Assembly (NCBI GenBank): GCA_963664325.2
Contig: CAXXDQ010000004.1
Span: forward strand, 512,001-576,000
Source of the DNA: Desulfomonilia bacterium
Lineage (GTDB): Bacteria > Desulfobacterota > Desulfomonilia > UBA1062
DNA length: 64,000 nt
Reading direction: 5' to 3'
Below, piece after piece: positions 1 through 9,589 of this stretch (its first letter is position 1; each line of letters starts with the position of its first letter). The translations under genes were made by a program, and so were the position numbers. The notes under the pieces were generated by a model. It saw only the letters and a list, made by a program, of their open reading frames with translations, had not been told where the DNA came from and made no database searches.

Positions 1-570
1 GAGCATATCGCGCACGCGGCTGCTCTTGAAATATTCGCAGAGGAGCTCCTGATAGCTCTTTACAAACAGAGGCATATACTTGAGGATTGCCGGAGTTCCG
101 GCAAAGAGTTTTGCCATGTCCGAGAACGTGTTCGCTGGCTCCAGGAAAAAGCTGCCGAGCGCCGCACCGACAAAACCTTCCATAAGCCTGCTGAATTCTC
201 GCCAGCCCGCGACGTCGCCGGGAGCCAGCTTTGCTATCTCTTCTGCCATGGCGTCCGGCGAGGCCGGGTGTTTTATGACCGAGCCGTCCGGCTGGGGTAC
301 GGTGTATACGGGGTCGAGCGCGACGAGTTCGACCTCTTTGTAAAGCGATGTGCCGAGGCGCTTGAAGCACTCGTCGATCACGCCCGGGAATTCGATAAGG
401 GAGGCCCCGGTGTCAAACTGGTAGCCGTCCTTTTCAAAAGTGGAGCAGTATCCGCCCACCCATGCGCCCTGATCCAGGACCAGGGTCCTGCGCCCCTTGC
501 TTGCCAGAAGGGCGCCCGCGCTTATGCCGCCCAGTCCGGCGCCGATAACGATAACATCATAGTCCGGCAT
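1..570 (-). CDS. Phytoene desaturase/CrtI-like NAD(P)/FAD oxidoreductase, 3' end runs off the window
   Basis: Not in the ORF track. Manual translation from ATG at 570: MPDYDVIVIGAGLGGISAGALLASKGRRTLVLDQGAWVGGYCSTFEKDGYQFDTGASLIE..., a Rossmann GxGxxG plus GG..F..G..FD.G motif; paralog of 735..2243. Confidence 0.9.
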   Translation of the reverse strand, partial: MPDYDVIVIGAGLGGISAGALLASKGRRTLVLDQGAWVGGYCSTFEKDGYQFDTGASLIEFPGVIDECFKRLGTSLYKEVELVALDPVYTVPQPDGSVIKHPASPDAMAEEIAKLAPGDVAGWREFSRLMEGFVGAALGSFFLEPANTFSDMAKLFAGTPAILKYMPLFVKSYQELLCEYFKSSRVRDML

Positions 571-579
571 TTTTTATCC

Positions 580-714
580 TCAGACCATGTAGCGGCCGGG
601 CAGATGGGGGACCTGCTTTAATATGAACCTGAGCTGGAGCTTTCTGTGTTCAGGCAGCCTGGACCATATGATTGCACCTGCCGCAATAAGTATCATGAAT
701 TCTATGAATTTCAT
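580..714 (-). CDS. 44-aa small membrane-anchored protein
   Basis: MKFIEFMILIAAGAIIWSRLPEHRKLQLRFILKQVPHLPGRYMV; AAGGAG RBS upstream; fills the gap between two co-oriented desaturase-like genes. Confidence 0.7.
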   Translation of the reverse strand: MKFIEFMILIAAGAIIWSRLPEHRKLQLRFILKQVPHLPGRYMV

Positions 715-734
715 ATTTTTCTCCTTTTCAAGAT

Positions 735-2243
735 TTAAAACCGTTCGCTTTTGATGAGTTTGTTGTAGGCGATATAGCCCGAGCCCACGGTCATGGGAAC
801 TCCGCCGCCCGGATGCGTCCCGGAACCGCAAAGGTAGAGCCCGTCTAAGCACTTCGATTTCGCCGACGGCCTGAATACGGCCTGGTGAGTGGCGTCCTGG
901 TCAAAGCAGTAAAGAGCGCCTTCGGGAAGCCTCAGGTTTCGCTCGTAGTCCATGGGAGAAGAGGCAATGGCGTGGACGATATGGTCCTTGAGGCCGGGCA
1001 GCAGTCTGTCGGATATGTACTCGATGTATTCCTCGACAAAGGTCTGTTTGAAATTGTCCCAGTTGGTGTCCTTGAGCCGGTAGAACGATTCGGGAATGAC
1101 GTTGATGACGTGATGGCCTTTTGGCGCAAGAGAGTCGTCCGAATGCGACGGCCAGCAGAAGAGGCCGTAGTTCTTGTTAGCGGGCAGCATCACGCCTGTC
1201 TCGACGTGCTTGGTCCAGAAGTCGTTGACCTCCTGCATGCTGACTGCGGTGAAGCTGTGGTGAGCGGTCAGAGGCGGCTTGCAGTCGAGCCCCACGTATA
1301 TCATGCACAGGCTCTTGCCCAGGTTGAGGCTCTTGACCCCGTTCTTTGTAAGCCAGGGCAGGTTCTCTTCGCCTATGAGGTCAAGGTAGAGCTTCTTCGG
1401 GTTTATGTTTGAAACGACTGCTTTCGAAGTGATCTCGGAACCGTCTTCGAGAATGACGCCGCAGGCCCTTTTGTTCCGGACAACAACTTTTTTGACCGGG
1501 GATTTCATCCTGATTTCGAGCCCGTCCTTCTGTCCGCATCTGAGAAGGGCCTCCGGTATGCGTATCATGCCGCCCTTCGGGTACCAGATGCCCCGGTGTT
1601 CGCTGTACGGAATCATGGCGAATGGCGCGGGAACCAGCGCAGGCGCCATGCCTAGGTAAAGCGACTGGTAGGCCATAGTCTTCAGCACCTTTTCGTTCCT
1701 GAAATATTTCTGGATCAGGTCCTGGTAGGTCGCCATGAACGGGAGAAGGTATTTGAGAAGTTTAGGATTCTTCTTTACAAGCCTGCCCATGTCAGCGAAG
1801 GTGTCGGCCGGTTCGGTGAACATGACATCCAGGAAGACGTCCATCATGTCGCTGCAGTAGCTGCAGAAATCGAACCAGCGCCTGCCGTCCTCGGCCGACA
1901 TGGACGATATTACCCTGCCCGTTGCTTCGATTGACTGCTCTATGGTTATGCGCTCGCCGTCCCGGTAGAGTATCGAGAACATCGGGTCGCACGGCACGAG
2001 GTCGACCTCTTTGTTGAAGGCGGTTCCCAGCGTCTTGAAGACGAGCTCAATGGGCTGCGTGATCTCGACGATGGAAGCGCCCACGTCATGCCTGTAACCG
2101 TTTCTCTCGAATGTGGAGCAGCAGCCGCCTATGTTACCGCTCTGCTCCAGAACGAGGACCTTGAGCCCGTGATGGGAAAGAAGCGCGCTCGACGAAAGAC
2201 CTCCGAGTCCGGCGCCTATTACGATGACATCATAATCAGACAT
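735..2243 (-). CDS. Phytoene desaturase (CrtI/CrtH/retinol saturase) family FAD oxidoreductase
   Basis: YDVIVIGAGLGG, YPKGGM, C-terminal GLYLCGSGTHPGGGVP; GGAGGTG RBS. Confidence 0.9.
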   Translation of the reverse strand: MSDYDVIVIGAGLGGLSSSALLSHHGLKVLVLEQSGNIGGCCSTFERNGYRHDVGASIVEITQPIELVFKTLGTAFNKEVDLVPCDPMFSILYRDGERITIEQSIEATGRVISSMSAEDGRRWFDFCSYCSDMMDVFLDVMFTEPADTFADMGRLVKKNPKLLKYLLPFMATYQDLIQKYFRNEKVLKTMAYQSLYLGMAPALVPAPFAMIPYSEHRGIWYPKGGMIRIPEALLRCGQKDGLEIRMKSPVKKVVVRNKRACGVILEDGSEITSKAVVSNINPKKLYLDLIGEENLPWLTKNGVKSLNLGKSLCMIYVGLDCKPPLTAHHSFTAVSMQEVNDFWTKHVETGVMLPANKNYGLFCWPSHSDDSLAPKGHHVINVIPESFYRLKDTNWDNFKQTFVEEYIEYISDRLLPGLKDHIVHAIASSPMDYERNLRLPEGALYCFDQDATHQAVFRPSAKSKCLDGLYLCGSGTHPGGGVPMTVGSGYIAYNKLIKSERF

Positions 2244-2263
2244 ATCTTCACCTCCAAGTTTTT

Positions 2264-2388
2264 ATTCCACTTTGCATTCAAGCGGCGCCTTTGTCGGCTG
2301 CGTCGGAATGCTCCTCGACATACGTCAATGTATGCCTGCGTCGCTTCCTCCTTGCCTCCTTGGTGTCATCTTGAATGCAAAGCGGAAT
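2264..2388. repeat. 125-bp palindromic intergenic element (MITE/REP-like)
   Basis: Terminal inverted repeats ATTCCACTTTGCATTCAAG (2264-2282) and CTTGAATGCAAAGCGGAAT (2370-2388), one mismatch; nested inner stems GGAATGC/GCTTCC and CATAC/GTATG. Confidence 0.7.
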
Positions 2389-2398
2389 TTAAATCTGG

Positions 2399-2422
2399 GT
2401 CCCGGCGGCTAAACGCCGGGAC
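2399..2422. other. GC-rich stem-loop downstream of the reductase gene
   Basis: GTCCCGGCG-gctaaa-CGCCGGGAC perfect 9-bp stem; no adjacent U-tract. Confidence 0.5.
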
Positions 2423-2435
2423 GCCGAGCTTATGT

Positions 2436-3641
2436 TCAGACGCCGTGCGGCGCCTCGATCTCGATATCGCTTACCGGATACGACGAGCACGGGTGGAAAT
2501 ACCCGTATACTGCGTCGGCGGCGCGTCGGCCGTCGTTTTCCGGGTTCACGAAGACTTCTCCCTTAATCAGTCTGGTGCGGCACCAGCCGCATTCTCCGGA
2601 CCTGCACTGCGACGGCGGGGCGAACTTTGCGCGTTCCAGCGCCACGAGCACGGTCTCGGTTGCAAGGGCCGGAATATCCTTCTTGGCTCCTTTGGTGCGC
2701 ACCGTGATCGTAAAGGTCTTTGCGGCGAGATCTTTCGGGTAGCCGGGTATGCCCGTCACATCGGCAACCTCTCCCATGACCTCGCGGCGTATGCGTTTCG
2801 CCGGCAGGCCGAATGCCTTGAGTTCGGTTTCGAGCATCCCGTACATGAGCTGGGGGCCGCATATGAAGACGGTCTTGCCGCTCAGGTCGCCGGCGATGTT
2901 CTTTATGCACTCCGCGGTGAGAAATCCAGTCGGACCGTCCCAGCAGGAGTCGGGTTCGCTGCAGACGACATGCAAGCTGATTTTCTCCGGGGCCTTTTTC
3001 GCAAGCTCGCCTAGCTCTGTCACAAAAATGATGTCGTCAGGCGACCTTGTTCCGTAGAGCAGTGTGAACTTGAGGTTTCTGTTGTTCTCGACGATGTCCT
3101 TCATCATCGAGCGGAATGGCGTTATGCCGCTTCCTCCCGCAAGTGCCAGAATGTCGGCGGAATCGCGAAGCCTTTCATGGTAGAAGAACCCGCATGGGGA
3201 AGATGCCGTGAGGCGGGTGCCCTCTTTCCAGTTTGAGAAGGCGAATCCGGTAAGGAACCCGCCGTCCTTTTTCCTGAGCGTTATCTCATAAAAGCCTGCG
3301 AGCGCATCGTTGGGCGAGGACGATATGGTATAGGGTCTGGTTATGGCGATGCCGTCAACCGATGTCTTTATGCTGAGATACTGCCCCGCCCTGAAGAAAG
3401 GCAGCGCCTTTTTCGACACGTCGGCCGATACTAGTCTGAATGTCTTGGTTGAAGGGGTCTCATCAGTCACCTTTGCAACGGCAAGGTCGAGCGTAAGAGG
3501 GTGGAGGGCCTGCGCCAGCGCGTTAACCGGGTCGGCGGTGATGGGCGTCGGTGCGCCTTCCAATATATGTCTCTTGCGTTCCTTGGCCAGGTTCTTGAAT
3601 TTTATCATGTCCAGGAGTCCGAATCTTACGCTGAACTTCAT
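2436..3641 (-). CDS. FAD/NAD-binding oxidoreductase with C-terminal 2Fe-2S ferredoxin (PaaE/Hcr-like architecture)
   Basis: RPYTISS FAD motif, AGGSGITP NAD motif, FICGP, plant-type CRSGECGWC...C cluster. Confidence 0.9.
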   Translation of the reverse strand: MKFSVRFGLLDMIKFKNLAKERKRHILEGAPTPITADPVNALAQALHPLTLDLAVAKVTDETPSTKTFRLVSADVSKKALPFFRAGQYLSIKTSVDGIAITRPYTISSSPNDALAGFYEITLRKKDGGFLTGFAFSNWKEGTRLTASSPCGFFYHERLRDSADILALAGGSGITPFRSMMKDIVENNRNLKFTLLYGTRSPDDIIFVTELGELAKKAPEKISLHVVCSEPDSCWDGPTGFLTAECIKNIAGDLSGKTVFICGPQLMYGMLETELKAFGLPAKRIRREVMGEVADVTGIPGYPKDLAAKTFTITVRTKGAKKDIPALATETVLVALERAKFAPPSQCRSGECGWCRTRLIKGEVFVNPENDGRRAADAVYGYFHPCSSYPVSDIEIEAPHGV

Positions 3642-5162
3642 ACCTCAACCCCCATTTCCTTAAGCGTCAGAAGAGCGGTGGTCTGGCCGGACAGCAGCGA
3701 ACTGCTGTAGCCCAGAGCCCTGAACGAAAAGCCGCCCGCGAAATAAAGCCCGTCTATGTACTTTTCATCCTGGATGGAGAGCATGCGCGGGATCACCGAG
3801 TCCCAGGGCTCCATCTCGTAGCCGTATATGATCCCGTTGTATGTGCCGGTATAGCGCGCGTATGTCTCGGGCGTGGATATCTCGATCTCTTCGATATGTT
3901 TGCGGATCGAGAGTTTCGTACCCCTCTCGAACTGCTTGATGAGTCCGTCGGCCATCCTGGTCTTGGTCTCGAAATAGTCTTCGGGTCTTACGTTCGCCCA
4001 GGCCTCGGGCCGCATGAGGCATGTCATGGACAGAATGGTCGTGCCCGGCGGCGAACAGTCGGGCAGCGCCAGATTGAGGCAGGTGGTCGCCTGTATGACC
4101 GGAGTCTCCGGCTTGTAGAAGGATTCGTAGAGCTTTTCGGTATCCGCATGAGGGCCTACGACGTAGCCGTATGTGGTAAGCCCTATCTCTTCGGGCGGGG
4201 CGTCGAGGCCCATATAAACGACGAAGATGCCCACGCCGTGCTTGCGGGCGTTGACATATTTGTAGGCTATCTCAGGCACCTCGTTCTTCGGCCAGACAAG
4301 CCTGTTGTAGGCAAGAGTCGGCGAGGCGTTGCAGATTACGTGATGCGCGGTTATGGTCTCGCCGCCTGCGGTTTCCACGCCCGTGACCTTGCCGTTCTTT
4401 ACCAGAATCTTTTCGACCCTGGTGTTGAACCTGAACTCGGCGCCAAGCTCTTCGGCGCGCGCCTGAAGTGCTGCCATGAGTTCGTGCGAGCGGTTCTTCG
4501 GCAGATAGCCGCCCATTGTCATGTACTTGTATAGAAACGCCGCCCATATTGTGAAGTTGAGCCTGCTCATGGGCGGCCCGAAATTGAGCCAGTAAGGGTA
4601 GAGCAGGTTCTTGGCGCGCCTTGAGAAATTGAACTTTTTTGTGACCTCTTCAGCCGAATAGGGCCCCGGTCTTGAGGAAGTTGGCGTATTTTGTCCTCAG
4701 CACCTTCTTGTCCGGATTGCCTTTGGATTCGGCGAGGTAGTTGAGTGCATCAAGGACCTCTTTGCAGAGCGTAAAGTAGCGGGTCATCTCCTTCCTGCTG
4801 CCCGGAGCCTCGCGCTCGACGGCTTCTATGTATTCATACACTCCGGGCGGCAGGATGACGTCTATATCCTCCTCTTCGAGAACGAAGCGGTATGCGTCTG
4901 GCACCGGATAAAGTTCCAGCTTGAGCCCGATGTCGTCGAGAAATTTGCTGACGTTTCCACTGTTGTCTCTGGAGCCGTAATCGCACAGAATGTGCAGCGA
5001 GGTCTCGAATTCGAACCTGCCTCGAACGAAGCTGCTCCCGAATCCGCCCGGCAGGTTATGCTGCTCCAGGCAGAGTACCCTGGCGCCATGCTTGGCCAGT
5101 TTGGCTGATGCGCCAAGACCGCCGTTGCCTGCGCCGATAACGATGACATCATAATCAGGCAT
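3638..5162 (-). CDS. Phytoene desaturase-family FAD oxidoreductase, split by a +1 frameshift near 4660
   Basis: ORFs 4650..5174 (YDVIVIGAGNGG) and 3638..4570 (IDGLYFAGG) join if one C is removed from GGGGCCC, giving ...KTGAYSAEEVTKKF...PPMSRLNF. Confidence 0.85.
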
Positions 5163-5190
5163 TATATCCTCCATCGGTCCGCGGGCAATT

Positions 5191-6060
5191 TTAACGGCAG
5201 TTCTTGTCGGCGGAAGAATCAGTATGCGCGAAACCCGTCCTGCCCTTAAAATTCTTGACGCCTTCTCCGAAGCCCAGGGCCATGAGCATCCTGTCCCATA
5301 TAAAATTGGGGATTACGCCCCGCATCATCCATGAGGCGTATGCGATCTTGGGTATGCACACGACCGTGATCTCCCTTAAGAGCGCATCGTTAACGATGGC
5401 CTTGGCGATCTCGTCATGGTCTTTTATGGGCGGGAACAGGAGCTTTCCAAGCGCGTTTGTGGAATACCCTTCGAACATGCCCTTGGCTATGTTTATGGGG
5501 TGCACCGATGAAAACTTAACTCCCGTTTTGCCCGCGGCGATCGCCTCGACCCGAAGGCATTCCGTGAGCATGTGGACGGCGGCCTTGGACGCGCAGTAGG
5601 CGGTCAGGCCGGGCGAGTTTACGAAACCCGCGCTCGAAGAGATGTTCACTATATGGCCTGAGTTCCGCTCTATCATTTCCGGCAGGATGGCATGTATGGT
5701 GTAGAAGATGGCGTTAACGTTCACGTCGAACTGCCTCACGGCTTCCTCGACCGGGCGCTCCCAGAAGTTGCCCCAGCGGACATAGCCTGCATTGTTGATG
5801 AGTATGTCTATACGGCCCATATCTTTTTTGGCCTGAAGTGCGAGTTCTTCGACCCGTTTCTTGTCCGAGACGTCGCACTTGTATGTGAATACCGTTCCGC
5901 CCATGGCCTCGAGTTCCCGTTTGGCCTCATTCATGCACTCTTCGCTCAGGTCCCAGATGGTTACCGCCACTCCTTGACGGACCAGCCTTTTGCATGTGCT
6001 CAAACCGATTCCAAGCGCCCCGCCCGTTACAATCGCTTTCTTCCCTCGAAGTTCTTTCAT
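5191..6060 (-). CDS. Short-chain dehydrogenase/reductase (retinol/17-beta-HSD-like)
   Basis: TGGALGIG, NNAG, YCASK catalytic motif. Confidence 0.9.
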   Translation of the reverse strand: MKELRGKKAIVTGGALGIGLSTCKRLVRQGVAVTIWDLSEECMNEAKRELEAMGGTVFTYKCDVSDKKRVEELALQAKKDMGRIDILINNAGYVRWGNFWERPVEEAVRQFDVNVNAIFYTIHAILPEMIERNSGHIVNISSSAGFVNSPGLTAYCASKAAVHMLTECLRVEAIAAGKTGVKFSSVHPINIAKGMFEGYSTNALGKLLFPPIKDHDEIAKAIVNDALLREITVVCIPKIAYASWMMRGVIPNFIWDRMLMALGFGEGVKNFKGRTGFAHTDSSADKNCR

Positions 6061-6287
6061 ATAAATCTCCTTGATTGAAATATTTTAATCTGGTTCCCGT
6101 ACGCATGCCCTGGAAGGAAAACATTTCCAAGGGCAACGCCTTAATATCGAACAGTCTTAAAGCTTAATAATTGAAAAACAATCTTCCATGTTTCAGCAGC
6201 TACGGGATAAGGGTACCTGAAAAAAAAAACATAAGCACCATTAAAAGGTTTCATCTGGATACAGATAGAATAAAAACTAGGGGATTT

Positions 6288-7385
6288 TCAGTTGTCGGAA
6301 AAGATTATTTCGTCCTTGCCGGACAGCTCATTTTTTCTATAGCTGCCCGGGGATTCGCCTGTTGCCTTGTGAAATGTGTTGTAAAAAGATGAAATGGAAT
6401 TGAATCCCGACTTCAATGCGATGTAGGAGATCTTATCTTCAGGCTGCTCGATCAGAAGGCGTCTGGCCTCGTTTATGCGGAACTCGTTTACATACTCGTA
6501 AAAGCTTTTGTTCATTTTTGTGTTAAGGATTTCTGAAAGCTGCTGGGGTGAAATCGAAAGCTTTTCCGAAAGACCGGGAAGAGTTAGTCCTTTATCGGTG
6601 AACATGCGCTCTTTTTCCATCATGCGTTTCAAGTCCTTGAAAATGCGATCGAGGTTCAATCCCTGGATTCGTGACTGGGCATATCTGGTCATTTCCGTTT
6701 CGATTTTTATCAGCCGTATGTATTCAGGGTATCTCATCATGCTTAGAAGAAAGATTATCGGGACTAGCGATGCCATCCACATGCTTGCAGGCTGCATTCT
6801 TCCATAGAAGAACTGTTCGGCCGATGCCGTGCCTATGGCGACTGTCGAATAGGCGACCTGGAAGAAAACGATCTTTGTAGAGAAATTTGTTACGCTGCCG
6901 AAAAAAAGCAGCCTGTAACGGAATATTATGTAACCGAGGTATACAAGCGGAAGGCACAGCGATATGAAAAGAAGGATGGAGAATAGACAGGCCTTTGGAT
7001 TTCCCGCTGAACCTGTAAGGACATCCAGTACGGGCACGTTCAGATTTACACCCGTAAAGGAGATATTCAGCAGAGCGAAAAATATTATAATTCCCGGGAG
7101 AAGGTGCAGAAGGATTTTTTTGTCAAACTTGAATTCCGGGTCGATGATTATGCAGAAATAAAAATAAAACAGCGGCGCCCTGATGAAAGTGAGGCTCAGA
7201 TGCAGATCCTGGAGGTAAGAAAACTCCCAAATCGTTCCTGCAATGACAATCCACAGTCCCAGGCTGAAATAAAATACGGCGGAAAAATACTGGTCGGCGG
7301 TCTTGTTGCGAATCAGCAGTTGCCCCACTGCCAGAATCAGGAATAACCAAGCGCTGAAAAGATATACTGTCGACTGGTTAAACAA
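6288..7385 (-). CDS. AraC-family regulator with N-terminal multi-TM sensor domain
   Basis: About 7 hydrophobic segments, then C-terminal HTH: LTLPGLSEKL...QQLSEILN...IALKSGFNSISSFYNTFHKATGESPGSYR. Confidence 0.9.
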   Translation of the reverse strand: MFNQSTVYLFSAWLFLILAVGQLLIRNKTADQYFSAVFYFSLGLWIVIAGTIWEFSYLQDLHLSLTFIRAPLFYFYFCIIIDPEFKFDKKILLHLLPGIIIFFALLNISFTGVNLNVPVLDVLTGSAGNPKACLFSILLFISLCLPLVYLGYIIFRYRLLFFGSVTNFSTKIVFFQVAYSTVAIGTASAEQFFYGRMQPASMWMASLVPIIFLLSMMRYPEYIRLIKIETEMTRYAQSRIQGLNLDRIFKDLKRMMEKERMFTDKGLTLPGLSEKLSISPQQLSEILNTKMNKSFYEYVNEFRINEARRLLIEQPEDKISYIALKSGFNSISSFYNTFHKATGESPGSYRKNELSGKDEIIFSDN

Positions 7386-7412
7386 TCAGACCCTTTCCTT
7401 TTCATCCCCGCA

Positions 7413-7874
7413 TTATTTACGCGGTCTCTTTATCAACCCCTGTATTTCGCTCATGAATTCGTTTACGTCCTTAAATTCACGGTATACCGATGCGAAGCGG
7501 ACATAGGCGACAGGGTCAAGGCTGTGAAGCTTGTCCATTATAAGCTCGCCGATGAAAGAACTGGGCACTTCCCTTTCACCCCTCGTTTGAATCTCCTGGA
7601 TCACCGAATCCTTTATCGCATCGATTTCTTCAGTCGGGACCGGTCTTTTCTCGCAGGCCTTTCTAAGGCCTGCGAGGATCTTTTCCGGATTCAGGGGTAC
7701 CCTTGCGCCGTCTTTCTTGACAACGACGGGAATGAATTCCTCGATCTGTTCGTATGTGGTAAACCTAAGGCCGCAATGGGCGCATTCACGGCGCCTGCGT
7801 ATGGCCGAACCGTCCCTGTTCGGTCTTGATTCGATAACCTTGTCTTCCACCCCGGAACAACTGGGGCAGCGCAT
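7413..7874 (-). CDS. nrdR: Transcriptional repressor NrdR
   Basis: MRCPSC...RRRRECAHCGLRFTTYE zinc ribbon, ATP cone, VAYVRFASVY. Confidence 0.97.
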   Translation of the reverse strand: MRCPSCSGVEDKVIESRPNRDGSAIRRRRECAHCGLRFTTYEQIEEFIPVVVKKDGARVPLNPEKILAGLRKACEKRPVPTEEIDAIKDSVIQEIQTRGEREVPSSFIGELIMDKLHSLDPVAYVRFASVYREFKDVNEFMSEIQGLIKRPRK

Positions 7875-9116
7875 TTAATGCTCCTGATAGATCGGGAATT
7901 TCGAGGTCAGCTCTCCTACCTCTTTTCTCACCTCTTCGATTACCTCGGGGTTGCCCTTGGAATTCAGGATGCGCGCGATCATATCCGCTATGTTCCTGAC
8001 TTCGGTTTCCTTCATGCCCCTCGTCGTTACAGCAGGCGTTCCAATGCGGATTCCTGATGTGACGAACGGGCTTCTGGTCTCGTTAGGGACCGTGTTTTTA
8101 TTGACGGTTATCCATGCATCATCAAGCCATACCTGCCCGTCCTTACCTGTGATGTCGGTCTCCGAAAGGTCCATCAGCATCAGGTGGTTGTCTGTCCCGC
8201 CCGAGACCAGTTTGAACCCGAGTTTTATGAACTCGTCAGCCATGGCGGCGGCGTTCTTGACCACCTGTCCCTGATAGGTCTTGAATTCGGGCTGCATCGC
8301 TTCCTTGAGGGCCACGGCCTTTGCAGCTATGACATGCATCAGGGGCCCACCCTGCATGCCCGGAAAAACGCTTGAATTAAGCTTCTTGCCCATTTCCTCC
8401 CTGCACAGTATCATGCCGCCCCTCGGCCCGCGGAGGGTCTTGTGCGTAGTCGTCGTTACGAAATCGGCATAGGGCACGGGGCTCGGATGGAACCCGGTTG
8501 CCACAAGGCCCGCTATATGGGCCATGTCGACCATGAAATAAGAGCCGACTTCATCGGCAATCTCGCGGAAGAGCTTATAATCGATTATTCTCGGATAAGC
8601 GCTCGCCCCTGCAATTATCAGCTTGGGGCTGTGCTTTTTTGCAAGATCTCTGACTTCGTCATAATCAATCCTGTGATTGTCCTTTCTGACGCCATAAGGG
8701 ACCACTTTATAAAGTTTTCCCGAGAAATTGACAGGAGAGCCCATTGAAAGATGACCGCCCTCGGACAGGTTCATGCCCAGGTAGGTGTCTCCGTGTTCAA
8801 GGATGGTGAAATATACGGCCATATTGGCCTGGCTGCCGGAATGAGGCTGGACATTTGCAAACTCTGCCCCGAAGAGCTTCTTGGCCCTGTCTATGGCGAG
8901 GTCTTCGGCGACATCAACGTATTCGCATCCCCCATAGTAACGCTTTGCCGGATACCCTTCGGCATATTTATTTGTCATTACACAGCCCTGCGCCTCAAGT
9001 ACCGCATCGCTGACTATATTTTCCGAAGCTATCAGTTCGAGTTTGTTCCGCTGTCTTGTGAGCTCTTCTTCAATAGCATAAAAGACTTCCGGGTCCGTCT
9101 GCATAAGATTTCTCAT
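7875..9116 (-). CDS. glyA: Serine hydroxymethyltransferase
   Basis: [30 protein letters not shown] lysine motif. Confidence 0.98.
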   Translation of the reverse strand: MRNLMQTDPEVFYAIEEELTRQRNKLELIASENIVSDAVLEAQGCVMTNKYAEGYPAKRYYGGCEYVDVAEDLAIDRAKKLFGAEFANVQPHSGSQANMAVYFTILEHGDTYLGMNLSEGGHLSMGSPVNFSGKLYKVVPYGVRKDNHRIDYDEVRDLAKKHSPKLIIAGASAYPRIIDYKLFREIADEVGSYFMVDMAHIAGLVATGFHPSPVPYADFVTTTTHKTLRGPRGGMILCREEMGKKLNSSVFPGMQGGPLMHVIAAKAVALKEAMQPEFKTYQGQVVKNAAAMADEFIKLGFKLVSGGTDNHLMLMDLSETDITGKDGQVWLDDAWITVNKNTVPNETRSPFVTSGIRIGTPAVTTRGMKETEVRNIADMIARILNSKGNPEVIEEVRKEVGELTSKFPIYQEH

Positions 9117-9127
9117 TGTCTGGCTCC

Positions 9128-9580
9128 CTAATATTTATTTATTTCAGCCGCCCTGAACTCGATTTTTTCAAGCCTGCCATGGTGGCGACCCCCGGCAAAA
9201 GGGGTTTCCAGCCATATTTTTATCATATCTTCCGCAACCCCGGGCCCGATCACCCTGGCGCCCATGACAAGGCAGTTTGAATCGTTGTGTTCGCGTGCCA
9301 GGCGGGCGGTGTAGGCGTCATGGCAAAGTGTGGCGCGTATACCGGACACCCTGTTTGCAGCTATGGACATGCCGATTCCGGTTCCGCACACAAGTATGAT
9401 CCGCTCGCATAATCCGTCTTTATATGCCTTAAGAGCCTTTGCCGCATAATCGGGATAGTCAACCGATTCTGTAGAGTCTGTTCCCAGGTCTGTTATCTCG
9501 CACTTGGCCTCTCTCAGGGCTTTTTTTACTGTATCCTTGAGCGCTATGCCGCCATGGTCGCATGCTATGGCAACTCTCAT
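9128..9580 (-). CDS. rpiB: Ribose-5-phosphate isomerase B
   Basis: [27 protein letters not shown]. Confidence 0.96.
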   Translation of the reverse strand: MRVAIACDHGGIALKDTVKKALREAKCEITDLGTDSTESVDYPDYAAKALKAYKDGLCERIILVCGTGIGMSIAANRVSGIRATLCHDAYTARLAREHNDSNCLVMGARVIGPGVAEDMIKIWLETPFAGGRHHGRLEKIEFRAAEINKY

Positions 9581-9589
9581 AAGATCCTC

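Noticed and set aside
2088-3014. 308-aa plus-strand ORF
   Set aside because: Antisense shadow of the reductase and desaturase genes in GC-rich DNA; no recognisable motifs.
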